64,000 nt of DNA from an uncultured Coxiellaceae bacterium (GTDB taxonomy: Bacteria; Pseudomonadota; Gammaproteobacteria; DSM-16500). The translations under genes and the position numbers were made by a program. Shown here piece after piece: positions 10,268 to 19,018 of the stretch (its first letter is position 1; every line of letters starts with the position of its first letter). A model generated the notes under the pieces. It saw only the letters and a program-made list of their open reading frames with translations. It was not told where the DNA came from and searched no databases. The stretch lies in contig CAZKUQ010000001.1 in assembly GCA_964555965.1 (NCBI GenBank), forward strand, positions 35,669 through 99,668, read 5' to 3'.

Positions 10268-11435
10268 TGATTAATTGCCTTTTTGAGAGAGAAATACTGG
10301 CTAAGCAAATTAACAAAGGTTCAACTGTAAATGTATATCTAGGAGATGAATATGTGGCAACATGTATTATTGATAAGGCAAGTATAGGTATAAACAATAC
10401 CCAAGCATCGAAATTATTTCGATATTTCCAAAATCCAATGATTCCTAAAATAAATATGGGAAATCGAATTGCTATTAATATTTTCGCGATTAAATTCCTA
10501 TTTGATGCTAATGGCCATCCCCACATGTTTTCTAACGCAAATAATCTTTGTTTTAAGTATGTTGTCGGGTTATTCAATATAAACTGAATATATGTGCGTA
10601 TTGGATGTAATTTTTCATCTTCCTTGAAATTAGCAATGCTTGGATATTCTTCTTTTAGGCTATCAGCATTAAGTGATTTTAAAATTTCTAAACCATATCG
10701 ATTTGTGGAAGCAATAACTCCATAATTAAGTAACATAAAACTAAATAAAATACCTAACATATAACCAGTACAAAAATAAAAAGCTTTAGCTATTTTATCA
10801 TTCTTGCATAAGAAATATAAGCTAATTGCAAACAGTAATGGAAATACAAGTAATAAATCAGATCTAAAAAATGTAGCTAGAAATAGGATAAAACCGGATA
10901 AAAAAAAATTTTTCTTTAAAAAAAGAAATATTGATAATGTTAATAAAAAACAAGCAGGAACTTCAGACAAAATGAAACGCGTATAATTAATTTGGTTTGG
11001 GTATAGGGAAACAATGAGTGCTGTTATAATTCCTATAAATTTTTTGTTCGTTATTTTTGTTGTGATTAGTGCTGCCATCCAGATAATGGACGTTGAAAGT
11101 ATAACATTTATAAAAATAAGTACCTTTGGCATTAATTCCGGTTTAACAAATATTTTTATGATTGCTATTAGCAGGGGTAAGCCATTAGGAAATTTAGCAA
11201 TTGGATGGCCTGCTATAATTGCATCAGCCATGTTGATGTAATCATATGTGTCTGTGCTAAACCACACTAATCCAGAAATGAATGGAAGAGTAAATCTAAT
11301 TAGGAAACCGAGCATGATTACTAAAATTAATGCAGCAAAGGTTACATACCCAAGTGATTGAATATTGTTTTTTAAATTTTTAGGATATAAACTTGAATCC
11401 ATGTTCCATTTCCTTGGATGAAACTCCCTATGCAA
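10248..11435 (-). CDS. GT-C fold membrane glycosyltransferase (ArnT/PMT-like)
   Basis: 395 aa with about 10 hydrophobic segments. An early loop carries acidic/aromatic residues (STDTYDYINMADA). Sits directly upstream of the GT2 and GtrA genes. Confidence 0.5.
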   Translation of the reverse strand: MHREFHPRKWNMDSSLYPKNLKNNIQSLGYVTFAALILVIMLGFLIRFTLPFISGLVWFSTDTYDYINMADAIIAGHPIAKFPNGLPLLIAIIKIFVKPELMPKVLIFINVILSTSIIWMAALITTKITNKKFIGIITALIVSLYPNQINYTRFILSEVPACFLLTLSIFLFLKKNFFLSGFILFLATFFRSDLLLVFPLLFAISLYFLCKNDKIAKAFYFCTGYMLGILFSFMLLNYGVIASTNRYGLEILKSLNADSLKEEYPSIANFKEDEKLHPIRTYIQFILNNPTTYLKQRLFALENMWGWPLASNRNLIAKILIAIRFPIFILGIIGFWKYRNNFDAWVLFIPILALSIIHVATYSSPRYTFTVEPLLICLASISLSKRQLINESIRG

Positions 11436-11537
11436 AAACGGATAATAGCGCGATGCTCCATGTGTCTCAAGTGTTTTTAAATTTTTACGATTTTAAAAAT
11501 GATGAATCATTACATGTGCAACGAGATTAAGTTTTTA

Positions 11538-11565
11538 TTGACATTTTAAAAATGTTAGCTAGACT
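11538..11565 (+). promoter_or_regulatory. Sigma70-like promoter TTGACA-N16-TAGACT
   Basis: TTGACA at 11538-11543 and TAGACT at 11560-11565. Lies in the 415-bp divergent intergenic region, about 55 nt upstream of the ops-like element. Confidence 0.5.
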
Positions 11566-11619
11566 TCAGTCGATATTAAAATTCTACTTAATCTAGAATA
11601 TGGGCAGAATTGCATCGTA

Positions 11620-11631
11620 TGCGGTAGCGTG
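11620..11631 (+). promoter_or_regulatory. ops-like RfaH recruitment element (TGCGGTAGCGTG, 11/12 to GGCGGTAGCGTG)
   Basis: Direct read of the sequence. Lies in the non-template (+) orientation of the downstream operon. Shares the upstream flank ATCGTA with the exact ops at 14576. Confidence 0.65.
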
Positions 11632-11862
11632 TGTTTTAATTCTTATTGATTTATTCTCAAGCAAAAAATATTTTAGCGTCTCAAGTATCACAAAACTAGC
11701 AACGATCCTTATCATTTTTTGTCATTCAATGCTTACCTCGTTTTTTTAACCTTTAATTAGACACCGAAGATTTTTTTCAGCGTCTGGTATTTGATCATCA
11801 GCAATAAATTGTTTTAATTGGTTAGAAAATGTGAATTTTAATAATAAAATATGGAGGTGTCG

Positions 11863-12807
11863 ATGACAGTTTTAATAACAGGTGGTTGTGGATATAAAGG
11901 TAGTGTATTAGTTCCTAAGCTACTTAAAAAAAATCATAAAGTAAGAGTAGTTGATATCATGTGGTTCGGCAATTTTTTGCAACCACATTCCAATTTAGAA
12001 GTAATAAGATCAGATATTCGAAATATACAAGATAAGTGGTTTGAAGATGTGGATGCTATTATTCACTTAGCTTCAGTTGCAAATGATCCCTGTTGCGAAC
12101 TTAATCCTAAATTAACATGGGAAGTAAGCGCATTGTCGACAATGCAGTTGGCTGATAAAGCAGTAAAAAAGGGAGTAAAGAAATTTATTTATGCATCTTC
12201 TGGGAGCGTATATGGTGTAAGCAGTGAGTCACAAGTAACGGAAGATGCACCACTTAACCCCATTTCAGAATATAACAAAGCTAAAATGGTAGCCGAACGT
12301 GTTTTATTAAGCTATTCCAATGAGTTGATAATACAAATTGTAAGACCCGCAACTGTATGTGGTTATTCCCCACGTATGCGATTTGACGTATCTGTTAATA
12401 TGTTGACAATACAAGCTTTAACGAAAAAATTAATTACAGTATTTGGAGGTAATCAAACTCGTCCTAACATTCATATCGATGATATCACTGATTTGTATCT
12501 GTATCTTCTTGATAAAAATATTTCTGGGATTTTTAATGCAGGTTTTGAAAATTTATCCATTTTGGAAATTGCTAAACAAGTCACTTCTTCTATCAATGCT
12601 GAAATTAAAATTACCATGAGCAATGATCCTAGATCTTATCATATTAATTCAGATAAATTATTAAAAATTGGGTTTAAGCCAATGAAATCTGTCCAGGATG
12701 CTATTAATGAATTGATTCAGTATTATCAGCAAGGCACACTCAGAGATGAAGATCGTTTTTATAACATTCGTACGATGAAAAATATACCAGAAGTCTTTTC
12801 TGGTTGA
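11863..12807 (+). CDS. NAD-dependent nucleotide-sugar epimerase/dehydratase (extended SDR)
   Basis: VLITGGCGYKGS Rossmann motif and YNKAK catalytic motif. ORF track starts at 11851, but ATG 11863 is preceded by GGAGG with 6-nt spacing. Confidence 0.7.
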   Translation: MTVLITGGCGYKGSVLVPKLLKKNHKVRVVDIMWFGNFLQPHSNLEVIRSDIRNIQDKWFEDVDAIIHLASVANDPCCELNPKLTWEVSALSTMQLADKAVKKGVKKFIYASSGSVYGVSSESQVTEDAPLNPISEYNKAKMVAERVLLSYSNELIIQIVRPATVCGYSPRMRFDVSVNMLTIQALTKKLITVFGGNQTRPNIHIDDITDLYLYLLDKNISGIFNAGFENLSILEIAKQVTSSINAEIKITMSNDPRSYHINSDKLLKIGFKPMKSVQDAINELIQYYQQGTLRDEDRFYNIRTMKNIPEVFSG

Positions 12808-12917
12808 TAAAGTTAAATTTTGTATGAAAATAGCTCTTTTATTGTTGTTATGATAATTTGATTGATAATAATTTTCTCTAATAATAGATATTAAAATGGA
12901 TATTTGCAGGTAAGCAT

Positions 12918-14498
12918 ATGATTAATAATCTTCAGTCTAATACATTGAATAATATGTTAGCTGTTCATTCAGAATATGATTCAAAAATTGTTACTTATGA
13001 ATTCCTAAGTAAAAAAATTACTTCTACTATAAAAAAAGGAAAAAAGAAAATAGCGCAGTGTCATGGCGTTTTTGATGTATTACATATCGGACATATCAAA
13101 CATCTACAACACGCAAAAACATTTTGTGATGTTTTAATCGTCACAATTACAGCAGATAAATATGTTAACAAAGGTCTAGGAAGACCTTATTTTCCTGAAC
13201 ATCTAAGAGCGCAGGCGCTTGCCGCGCTTAGTTGTGTAGACTATGTTGTTATCAACAATAATGCAACAGCAGTAGAAGCAATCAAAGCTATTCAGCCAAA
13301 TTTTTATGTAAAAGGAATTGAATATCTAATTAGCGAAAATGATCTCACTGGTAAAATTACTGAAGAAGATGAAGCAGTTAAGTCGGTAGGAGGTCAACTG
13401 AGATTTACTGATGATATTGTTTTTAGTTCATCATCGCTGTTGAATCGTTTTTTTACTTCCTACTCACCAGAAATTATTACTTATTTAGATCGACTAAAAC
13501 AAAAATATAAAACAAGTGAGATATTGGACATTTTAAATGGAGCGCAAAAGCTAAACGTATTGTTGATTGGCGAATCGATCATTGATATTTATCATTTTGG
13601 CGAAGCTATTGGTAAAGCGGGGAAAGAACCTGTATTAGTCTCAAAATATCACCGCGAAGAAACTTATATCGGTGGTGTGCTAGCTGTTGCTAATCATTTA
13701 AGTACTTTTTGTTCTAAAGTCACCTGCTTGACCGCTTTAGGAGAGAAAGGTGAATATGAGCAATTTATTAGAAGTAAACTCAATAGCAATGTGAACGTTA
13801 TTTTTCAATATAAAAAAAATTCACCAACAATTATAAAAAGGCGATATTTAGAAGAATATTCATTACAAAAATTATTTGAAATTTACGAGATGAATGATGG
13901 TTATCTAGATGATGAACAAAACAAGAAATTTTCAAATGAACTTGATTGTCACCTTGATAACTATGATCTTGTCATTGTTGCAGATTATGGACATGGATTA
14001 TTGAATAGTGCATGTGTTGAAAAAATTGAGACTAAATCAAAATTCTTAGCTGTTAATACACAATCCAACGCAAGCAATCATGGATTCAACTGCGTTTCAA
14101 AATATAAAAAAGCTGATTACGTTTGTATTGCTACTCGAGAATTGCAACTTAATTATCGTCAAAAACACATTTCAATAATTGAGCAATTAAATCGATTAGT
14201 AAATGATCATTGTTACAATAACGTATTAATTACTAATGGTAGGCATGGCGCCTACTCTTATAAAGCAGGTGAAGGTATCTATGAAGTACCTGCGTTTGCT
14301 ACTTCAATTAAAGATCGTGTGGGAGCTGGCGATGCTGTATTAGCAGTGACTAGCCTTTGCGTTGCTCTAGAAGCCCCTGCTGAATTGGTTGCTTTTATCG
14401 GCAATATAGTTGGTGCTGAAGCTGTTAATATCATGGGTAACGAAAGTTTTATTGAAAAAATTTCTCTCATGAAACATATCACTCATTTGTTGAAATAG
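12918..14498 (+). CDS. Bifunctional nucleotidyltransferase (N-terminal, RfaE domain II-like) / PfkB sugar kinase (C-terminal)
   Basis: N-terminal CHGVFDVLHIGHIKHL (HxGH cytidylyl/adenylyl-transferase motif). C-terminal DRVGAGDAVLAV (PfkB kinase motif). Domain order is the reverse of HldE. Confidence 0.7.
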   Translation: MINNLQSNTLNNMLAVHSEYDSKIVTYEFLSKKITSTIKKGKKKIAQCHGVFDVLHIGHIKHLQHAKTFCDVLIVTITADKYVNKGLGRPYFPEHLRAQALAALSCVDYVVINNNATAVEAIKAIQPNFYVKGIEYLISENDLTGKITEEDEAVKSVGGQLRFTDDIVFSSSSLLNRFFTSYSPEIITYLDRLKQKYKTSEILDILNGAQKLNVLLIGESIIDIYHFGEAIGKAGKEPVLVSKYHREETYIGGVLAVANHLSTFCSKVTCLTALGEKGEYEQFIRSKLNSNVNVIFQYKKNSPTIIKRRYLEEYSLQKLFEIYEMNDGYLDDEQNKKFSNELDCHLDNYDLVIVADYGHGLLNSACVEKIETKSKFLAVNTQSNASNHGFNCVSKYKKADYVCIATRELQLNYRQKHISIIEQLNRLVNDHCYNNVLITNGRHGAYSYKAGEGIYEVPAFATSIKDRVGAGDAVLAVTSLCVALEAPAELVAFIGNIVGAEAVNIMGNESFIEKISLMKHITHLLK

Positions 14499-14505
14499 TC
14501 TAATA

Positions 14506-14533
14506 TTGACAACTTGTCAGAGTTGGCTAAACT
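14506..14533 (+). promoter_or_regulatory. Sigma70-like promoter TTGACA-N16-TAAACT
   Basis: TTGACA at 14506-14511 and TAAACT at 14528-14533, about 43 nt upstream of the exact ops element. Confidence 0.5.
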
Positions 14534-14575
14534 CATCTTTCATTTGAACGCCTATGCGATGTTTATATATCGTAG

Positions 14576-14587
14576 GGCGGTAGCGTG
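14576..14587 (+). promoter_or_regulatory. ops element, exact match GGCGGTAGCGTG
   Basis: Direct read. 12/12 identity to the E. coli ops consensus, 36 nt upstream of the ABC transporter start codon, with rfaH encoded in the same window. Confidence 0.8.
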
Positions 14588-14623
14588 CTGTACACTCCAT
14601 TATAGAAAGTCCCCCTTATTAAA

Positions 14624-16399
14624 ATGAAAAATCATATAAAACAATTTTTATATTTATTGGATAGCCAAGCGAGAAGTGCTATTCCATTTTTAATTTTAAA
14701 TTTTTTATTTTCATCAGTATTAGATGTTATTGGGATTGCGCTAGTTGGCATTTTTCTTGGATTATTAACTGATCCTGCTATTTTAGCTCATAAATTTTCA
14801 TTTATCAGGATTTCTTTACCAATAATCGGTAATAAGCTAGTAGCTGTTTTCGGCTTATTTATTATATTAGCATTTGCTATTAAAGCTTTTGTTGCACTCA
14901 CCTTACAAAAAAAACTTATTTTTTTCTGCCAAGCGCTAGCTGTTAGACTCAAAACGCGTTTAATGACGGCTTATCAATATGCTCCTTATACTTTTCATCT
15001 TCAAAAAAATTCTGATTATTTAATATCCAGAATTCAAGGAAATATTGATAGCTATATAAGTAATGTGTTAATGGCTATTTTGTATCTTATTTCCAACCTA
15101 TTAATTACAATTTTTATTTTATCATTTTTATTAGTATTGCATCCTTTTTCTACGATAGCCCTGCTGGCCGCATTTATCTTATTAGGTATTAGCTACGATT
15201 TATTGGCGAAGAAAAAATTATCTGCAATGGGCAAAAAATTATCCATGATGAATGGAGAAATTTCAAAAAGTATTAGACATGGATTACATGGATTAATTGA
15301 AGTACGCGTGTTAGGTAAGGAAGAATATTTTATCGAAAACTTAACGCGACATTCTATTGAGCTTGCCAATGCATACGGTGTGTTGATAACTAAACAATTG
15401 GTGCCTCGTTATTTAATTGAGAATATGTTGGCCATTTTTATGGTTGTTATATGTTTAGGTGGAATGATTGTTGGATCTGATACGAGTAATGTAGTAGCAA
15501 TGGCTGGGATGTTTGCAGCTGCTGGCGCACGACTTTTACCGACGGCCACTCAAATCATGGCGAGTATTAACCAACTACGAGGTTATTTTCATCAAATGGA
15601 TCTTGTTTATAATGAATTAAATGATATTCACCTTATGCAAAATTCGTTACAAACTGACTTATTTTCGAATCAGAAAGAAAAATTAGTTTTTTCTAAAATT
15701 CAATTAAAAAATATTTTTTTTCAATACCCACAAACTACTTTTTCCGCTCTAAAAAATGTAGACCTTACTATTTTTAAAGGACAATCCGTAGGTTTGATTG
15801 GCCCTTCAGGTGCAGGTAAAAGTACACTAGTAAATTTAATTTTAGGATTTTTAGAACCTCAACAGGGACAGTTATTAATTGATGAGCGACCTCTTCAAAG
15901 TTTAAGAACATGGCTAAATAATTTTGCTTATTTACCACAGACTATTTTTTTATTGGATGATTCGTTGCGACGAAATGTGGCATTTGGTATTCATGATGAT
16001 GCAATTGATGAAGCACGACTATGGAATGCTCTTAACATGGCTCAACTTGCTGATGTTGTTCAAAATCTTCCAAATGGAGTTGATACATTAATTGGTGAAA
16101 ATGGCATACGTTTGTCTGGCGGACAACGTCAGCGTGTTGCATTGGCACGAGCGTTTTATCATGAAAGGGATATAATCATCTTAGATGAAGCTACTTCGTC
16201 ATTAGATAATGAAACAGAAAAAGAAGTAATTAATACGATTAAACGATTTAAGGGAAATAAAACATTAATTGTAATTGCACATCGTTTAACAACAGTCGAG
16301 CATTGTGATGTATTGTATCGATTAGAAAAAGGTTCTGTAGTGGCGGTTGGCACATATCAAGAAGTAGTCGTTGGTCCCACATCTTATCAATCAGCTTGA
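14624..16399 (+). CDS. Fused TMD-NBD ABC exporter (MsbA/PglK-like)
   Basis: Six N-terminal TM segments. Walker A GPSGAGKST, signature LSGGQRQR and Walker B IIILDEATS. Confidence 0.85.
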   Translation: MKNHIKQFLYLLDSQARSAIPFLILNFLFSSVLDVIGIALVGIFLGLLTDPAILAHKFSFIRISLPIIGNKLVAVFGLFIILAFAIKAFVALTLQKKLIFFCQALAVRLKTRLMTAYQYAPYTFHLQKNSDYLISRIQGNIDSYISNVLMAILYLISNLLITIFILSFLLVLHPFSTIALLAAFILLGISYDLLAKKKLSAMGKKLSMMNGEISKSIRHGLHGLIEVRVLGKEEYFIENLTRHSIELANAYGVLITKQLVPRYLIENMLAIFMVVICLGGMIVGSDTSNVVAMAGMFAAAGARLLPTATQIMASINQLRGYFHQMDLVYNELNDIHLMQNSLQTDLFSNQKEKLVFSKIQLKNIFFQYPQTTFSALKNVDLTIFKGQSVGLIGPSGAGKSTLVNLILGFLEPQQGQLLIDERPLQSLRTWLNNFAYLPQTIFLLDDSLRRNVAFGIHDDAIDEARLWNALNMAQLADVVQNLPNGVDTLIGENGIRLSGGQRQRVALARAFYHERDIIILDEATSSLDNETEKEVINTIKRFKGNKTLIVIAHRLTTVEHCDVLYRLEKGSVVAVGTYQEVVVGPTSYQSA

Positions 16400-16417
16400 A
16401 ATTATAAAAAGGAAATT

Positions 16418-17596
16418 GTGGTGAGTAACAAAAATATTTTTTGGTGTGCAAATTGCTTAAATATGTCGACAAGACCAAGAATTTCTTTTGATGCGCGAGG
16501 TTGGTGTAATGCGTGCCAATGGATGGAAGAAAAAAAAATGACGGATTGGTCTGAGAGACAAGCTGAATTTAAAAAGCTATTTGAAAAATACCAATCTAAA
16601 ACAGGAGGCTTTGATTGTATTGTTCCTGTTAGTGGTGGCAAAGATGGTTCATATGTTGCATATACACTAAAGCATAAATATAAAATGAATCCGCTTGCTA
16701 TTACGATTAGACCCGCATTAGAACTAGAGATAGGCAGTCAAAATCTGCATAACTTTATACGATCAGGTTACAATCATTTACATGTTTCAACAAACCCATA
16801 TGCATTAGATAAATTAAATAAATATGGATTTATCGAAAAAGGATTCCCATATTATGGTTGGTTAATAGCGATTATGACCGCCGTCATTAGGGCTGCTATA
16901 AACTTTAGGATCCCATTAATTGTTTATGGTGAAGACGGGGAAATTGAATATGGTGGTTCCACAGAAAACAAAAACAAAGCTTTATACAATATAGAATATA
17001 TGAAAAGAGTTTATTTAGAGAGTGGTCATGAGAAAGTTTTATCAAGATTACTAGAAGATTGTGATATTAGCGAAGCTGATTTATCGTGGTTTAAATTTCC
17101 AGAAGATCACGAAATACATGAAACAGATTTATCATTTACTCATTGGTCTTATTTTGAATCTTGGGATTCTTATAAAAATTATATCGTAGCAAAAGAACAT
17201 TGTGGATTAATCGAAAAAGAAGAAGGAACTGTGGGCACATTCACTAATTTTGCCCAAAATGATCAAGCGTTATATACACTACATACTTATCTGATGTACT
17301 TAAAATTTGGATTTGGACGCGCAACCCAAGATGCGGGAATAGAAATTAGAAGAGGAGCAATGACAAGAGATCAAGCGCTTAATCTAGTTAAAATGTACGA
17401 TAATATTTACCCTTATGAATTAATCGATATCTATTTGAATTATTATCAGATGACAAAAAATGAATTTGATGCGGTTTTAGATAAATTTGCAAATAAAGGA
17501 TTATTTGAGAAGATAGATGGAATCTGGCAACCGAAATTTGTAGTCGGTGAAAATTTCGAAATCAAAGATCAAATTTATGAATGTAGTAATTATTGA
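16418..17596 (+). CDS. N-acetyl sugar amidotransferase (WbpG/PseA/WbuX family), copy 1
   Basis: N-terminal Cys-rich region CANCLNMSTRP...CNAC. PP-loop VPVSGGKDGSY. C-terminal FGFGRATQDA...RRG motif shared with copy 2. Confidence 0.75.
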   Translation: MVSNKNIFWCANCLNMSTRPRISFDARGWCNACQWMEEKKMTDWSERQAEFKKLFEKYQSKTGGFDCIVPVSGGKDGSYVAYTLKHKYKMNPLAITIRPALELEIGSQNLHNFIRSGYNHLHVSTNPYALDKLNKYGFIEKGFPYYGWLIAIMTAVIRAAINFRIPLIVYGEDGEIEYGGSTENKNKALYNIEYMKRVYLESGHEKVLSRLLEDCDISEADLSWFKFPEDHEIHETDLSFTHWSYFESWDSYKNYIVAKEHCGLIEKEEGTVGTFTNFAQNDQALYTLHTYLMYLKFGFGRATQDAGIEIRRGAMTRDQALNLVKMYDNIYPYELIDIYLNYYQMTKNEFDAVLDKFANKGLFEKIDGIWQPKFVVGENFEIKDQIYECSNY

Positions 17597-18188
17597 TTAT
17601 GGTATGGGAAATATTAAATCATTGGCAAGCGCATTGAGTTATGTTGGAGCCAACAATATTGTTATATCTAGTGAATATCAAAAATTAAAAAGCGCTGATA
17701 AATTAATATTGCCCGGGGTTGGTTCATTTGCTAAAGCAATAAATATAATCAGACAAAAAAAAATAGATATTTATTTAAATGAACAAGTATTAGAAAAAAA
17801 GAAACCTATTCTGGGTATTTGCTTAGGAATGCAGCTCATGGGGATTTCGAGTACTGAGAATGGGGTTAATAAAGGACTAGGTATTATCGACGGAGAAGTG
17901 ACTAAATTTAATAATAATTATATAAAAGTACCTCATGTTGGTTTTAATCAAGTAAAAGTTAATCCCGAGTTAAAATTATATCAGATGATGGTAGGTAGTC
18001 TTGATTTTTATTTCACACATAGTTTTCGTATGCTTAGCACGAATAATATTAATCAATGTCATTGTTATTATGGGGATGAGTTCATTGCTAGCTTTGAAAA
18101 TGAAAACATTGCAGGTGTTCAATTTCATCCTGAGTTAAGTCAAAAAAATGGATTACAATTGCTTAAAAATTTTATTGAAAAATTTTAA
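17577..18188 (+). CDS. HisH-like glutamine amidotransferase subunit (WbuY-like), copy 1
   Basis: VVIIDYGMGNIKS, LPGVGSF, GICLGMQ (nucleophile Cys) and FHPE motifs. Start moved from 17547 to ATG 17577 to remove the overlap extension. Confidence 0.8.
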   Translation: MNVVIIDYGMGNIKSLASALSYVGANNIVISSEYQKLKSADKLILPGVGSFAKAINIIRQKKIDIYLNEQVLEKKKPILGICLGMQLMGISSTENGVNKGLGIIDGEVTKFNNNYIKVPHVGFNQVKVNPELKLYQMMVGSLDFYFTHSFRMLSTNNINQCHCYYGDEFIASFENENIAGVQFHPELSQKNGLQLLKNFIEKF

Positions 18189-18958
18189 TGCTAAGAAAAA
18201 GAATTATATTTACATTAATTTATAATCAAAACTTTTTTATGCAAAGTCGAAATTTTCGGTTACAAAAAGTTGGCGATATCAATTGGCTCGAAAGAAATTA
18301 TCAATTTCAAAATATTTCATTTTCACTTGATGAATTAATTATTCTAAATGCATCAAGAAATTTGAAGACAACACAGGAATTTGCAGCAATTATTTCTAGA
18401 TTATCGGATAAGGTCTTTATACCGATCGCAGCTGGAGGCGGCATTCGTTCAATTGAAGATGCTGAAACATTATTTAATAATGGCGCTGATAAGATAGTAA
18501 TTAATAGCATTCTTTTACAAGATCCTGATCTTGTAAAAGAATTAATAAATCGATATGGAGCACAAAGTATTATTGCTTCTATTGATTACAAAAAAATTAA
18601 TAATGTTAATGAGGTTTATATTTCTGATGGCTCGATAAAAGTAGAATCATCATTAAGAGATTATATTAAATATGTTGAAAATTTAGATATCGGCGAAATT
18701 TATCTAAATTCAATCGATAAAGATGGTACCGGCTTTGGCTATGATTTTGAAACTATCAATATTATCAAAGATGAGATTAAGGTTCCTTTGATTATTGCGG
18801 GTGGAGCAGGCAATCAATATCATTTGTTAGAAGGTTTAAACATACCTCAAATTAGTGCTGTTGCTACTGCTAATCTTTTTAATTTTATTGGCCAAAGTTT
18901 GTCGATGGCAAGAAAAAACATTATCAAAGCAGGCGTGAATATCGCATGTTGGGAATGA
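18188..18958 (+). CDS. HisF-like cyclase subunit (WbuZ-like), copy 1
   Basis: (beta/alpha)8 HisF-type motifs DELIILN, GGGIRS, DKDGTGFGYD and IAGGAG. Start overlaps the stop of the HisH-like gene. Confidence 0.8.
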   Translation: MLRKRIIFTLIYNQNFFMQSRNFRLQKVGDINWLERNYQFQNISFSLDELIILNASRNLKTTQEFAAIISRLSDKVFIPIAAGGGIRSIEDAETLFNNGADKIVINSILLQDPDLVKELINRYGAQSIIASIDYKKINNVNEVYISDGSIKVESSLRDYIKYVENLDIGEIYLNSIDKDGTGFGYDFETINIIKDEIKVPLIIAGGAGNQYHLLEGLNIPQISAVATANLFNFIGQSLSMARKNIIKAGVNIACWE

Positions 18959-19018
18959 AATTGTCCTAATTGAAATAATATAATCAAATAATTTCGACAA
19001 AAAATTAATGGAGTTTAA

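Noticed and set aside
10126-10587. 153-aa + strand ORF spanning the junction of the GT2-fusion and GT-C genes
   Set aside because: It lies entirely antisense to two long minus-strand genes with clear family motifs. Its sequence is low-complexity and I/F/N-rich, typical of a shadow ORF in AT-rich DNA.
8977-11241. Small ORFs 8977-9165, 9240-9482, 9364-9585, 10804-10986 and 11014-11241
   Set aside because: All are nested in or antisense to the GT2-fusion or GT-C genes. They are short and compositionally biased, and most likely non-coding.
16159-16641. Minus-strand ORFs 16159-16353, 16248-16478 and 16402-16641 across the ABC exporter / amidotransferase junction
   Set aside because: They are antisense to two strongly supported + strand genes within a tightly packed operon, with no supporting signals.
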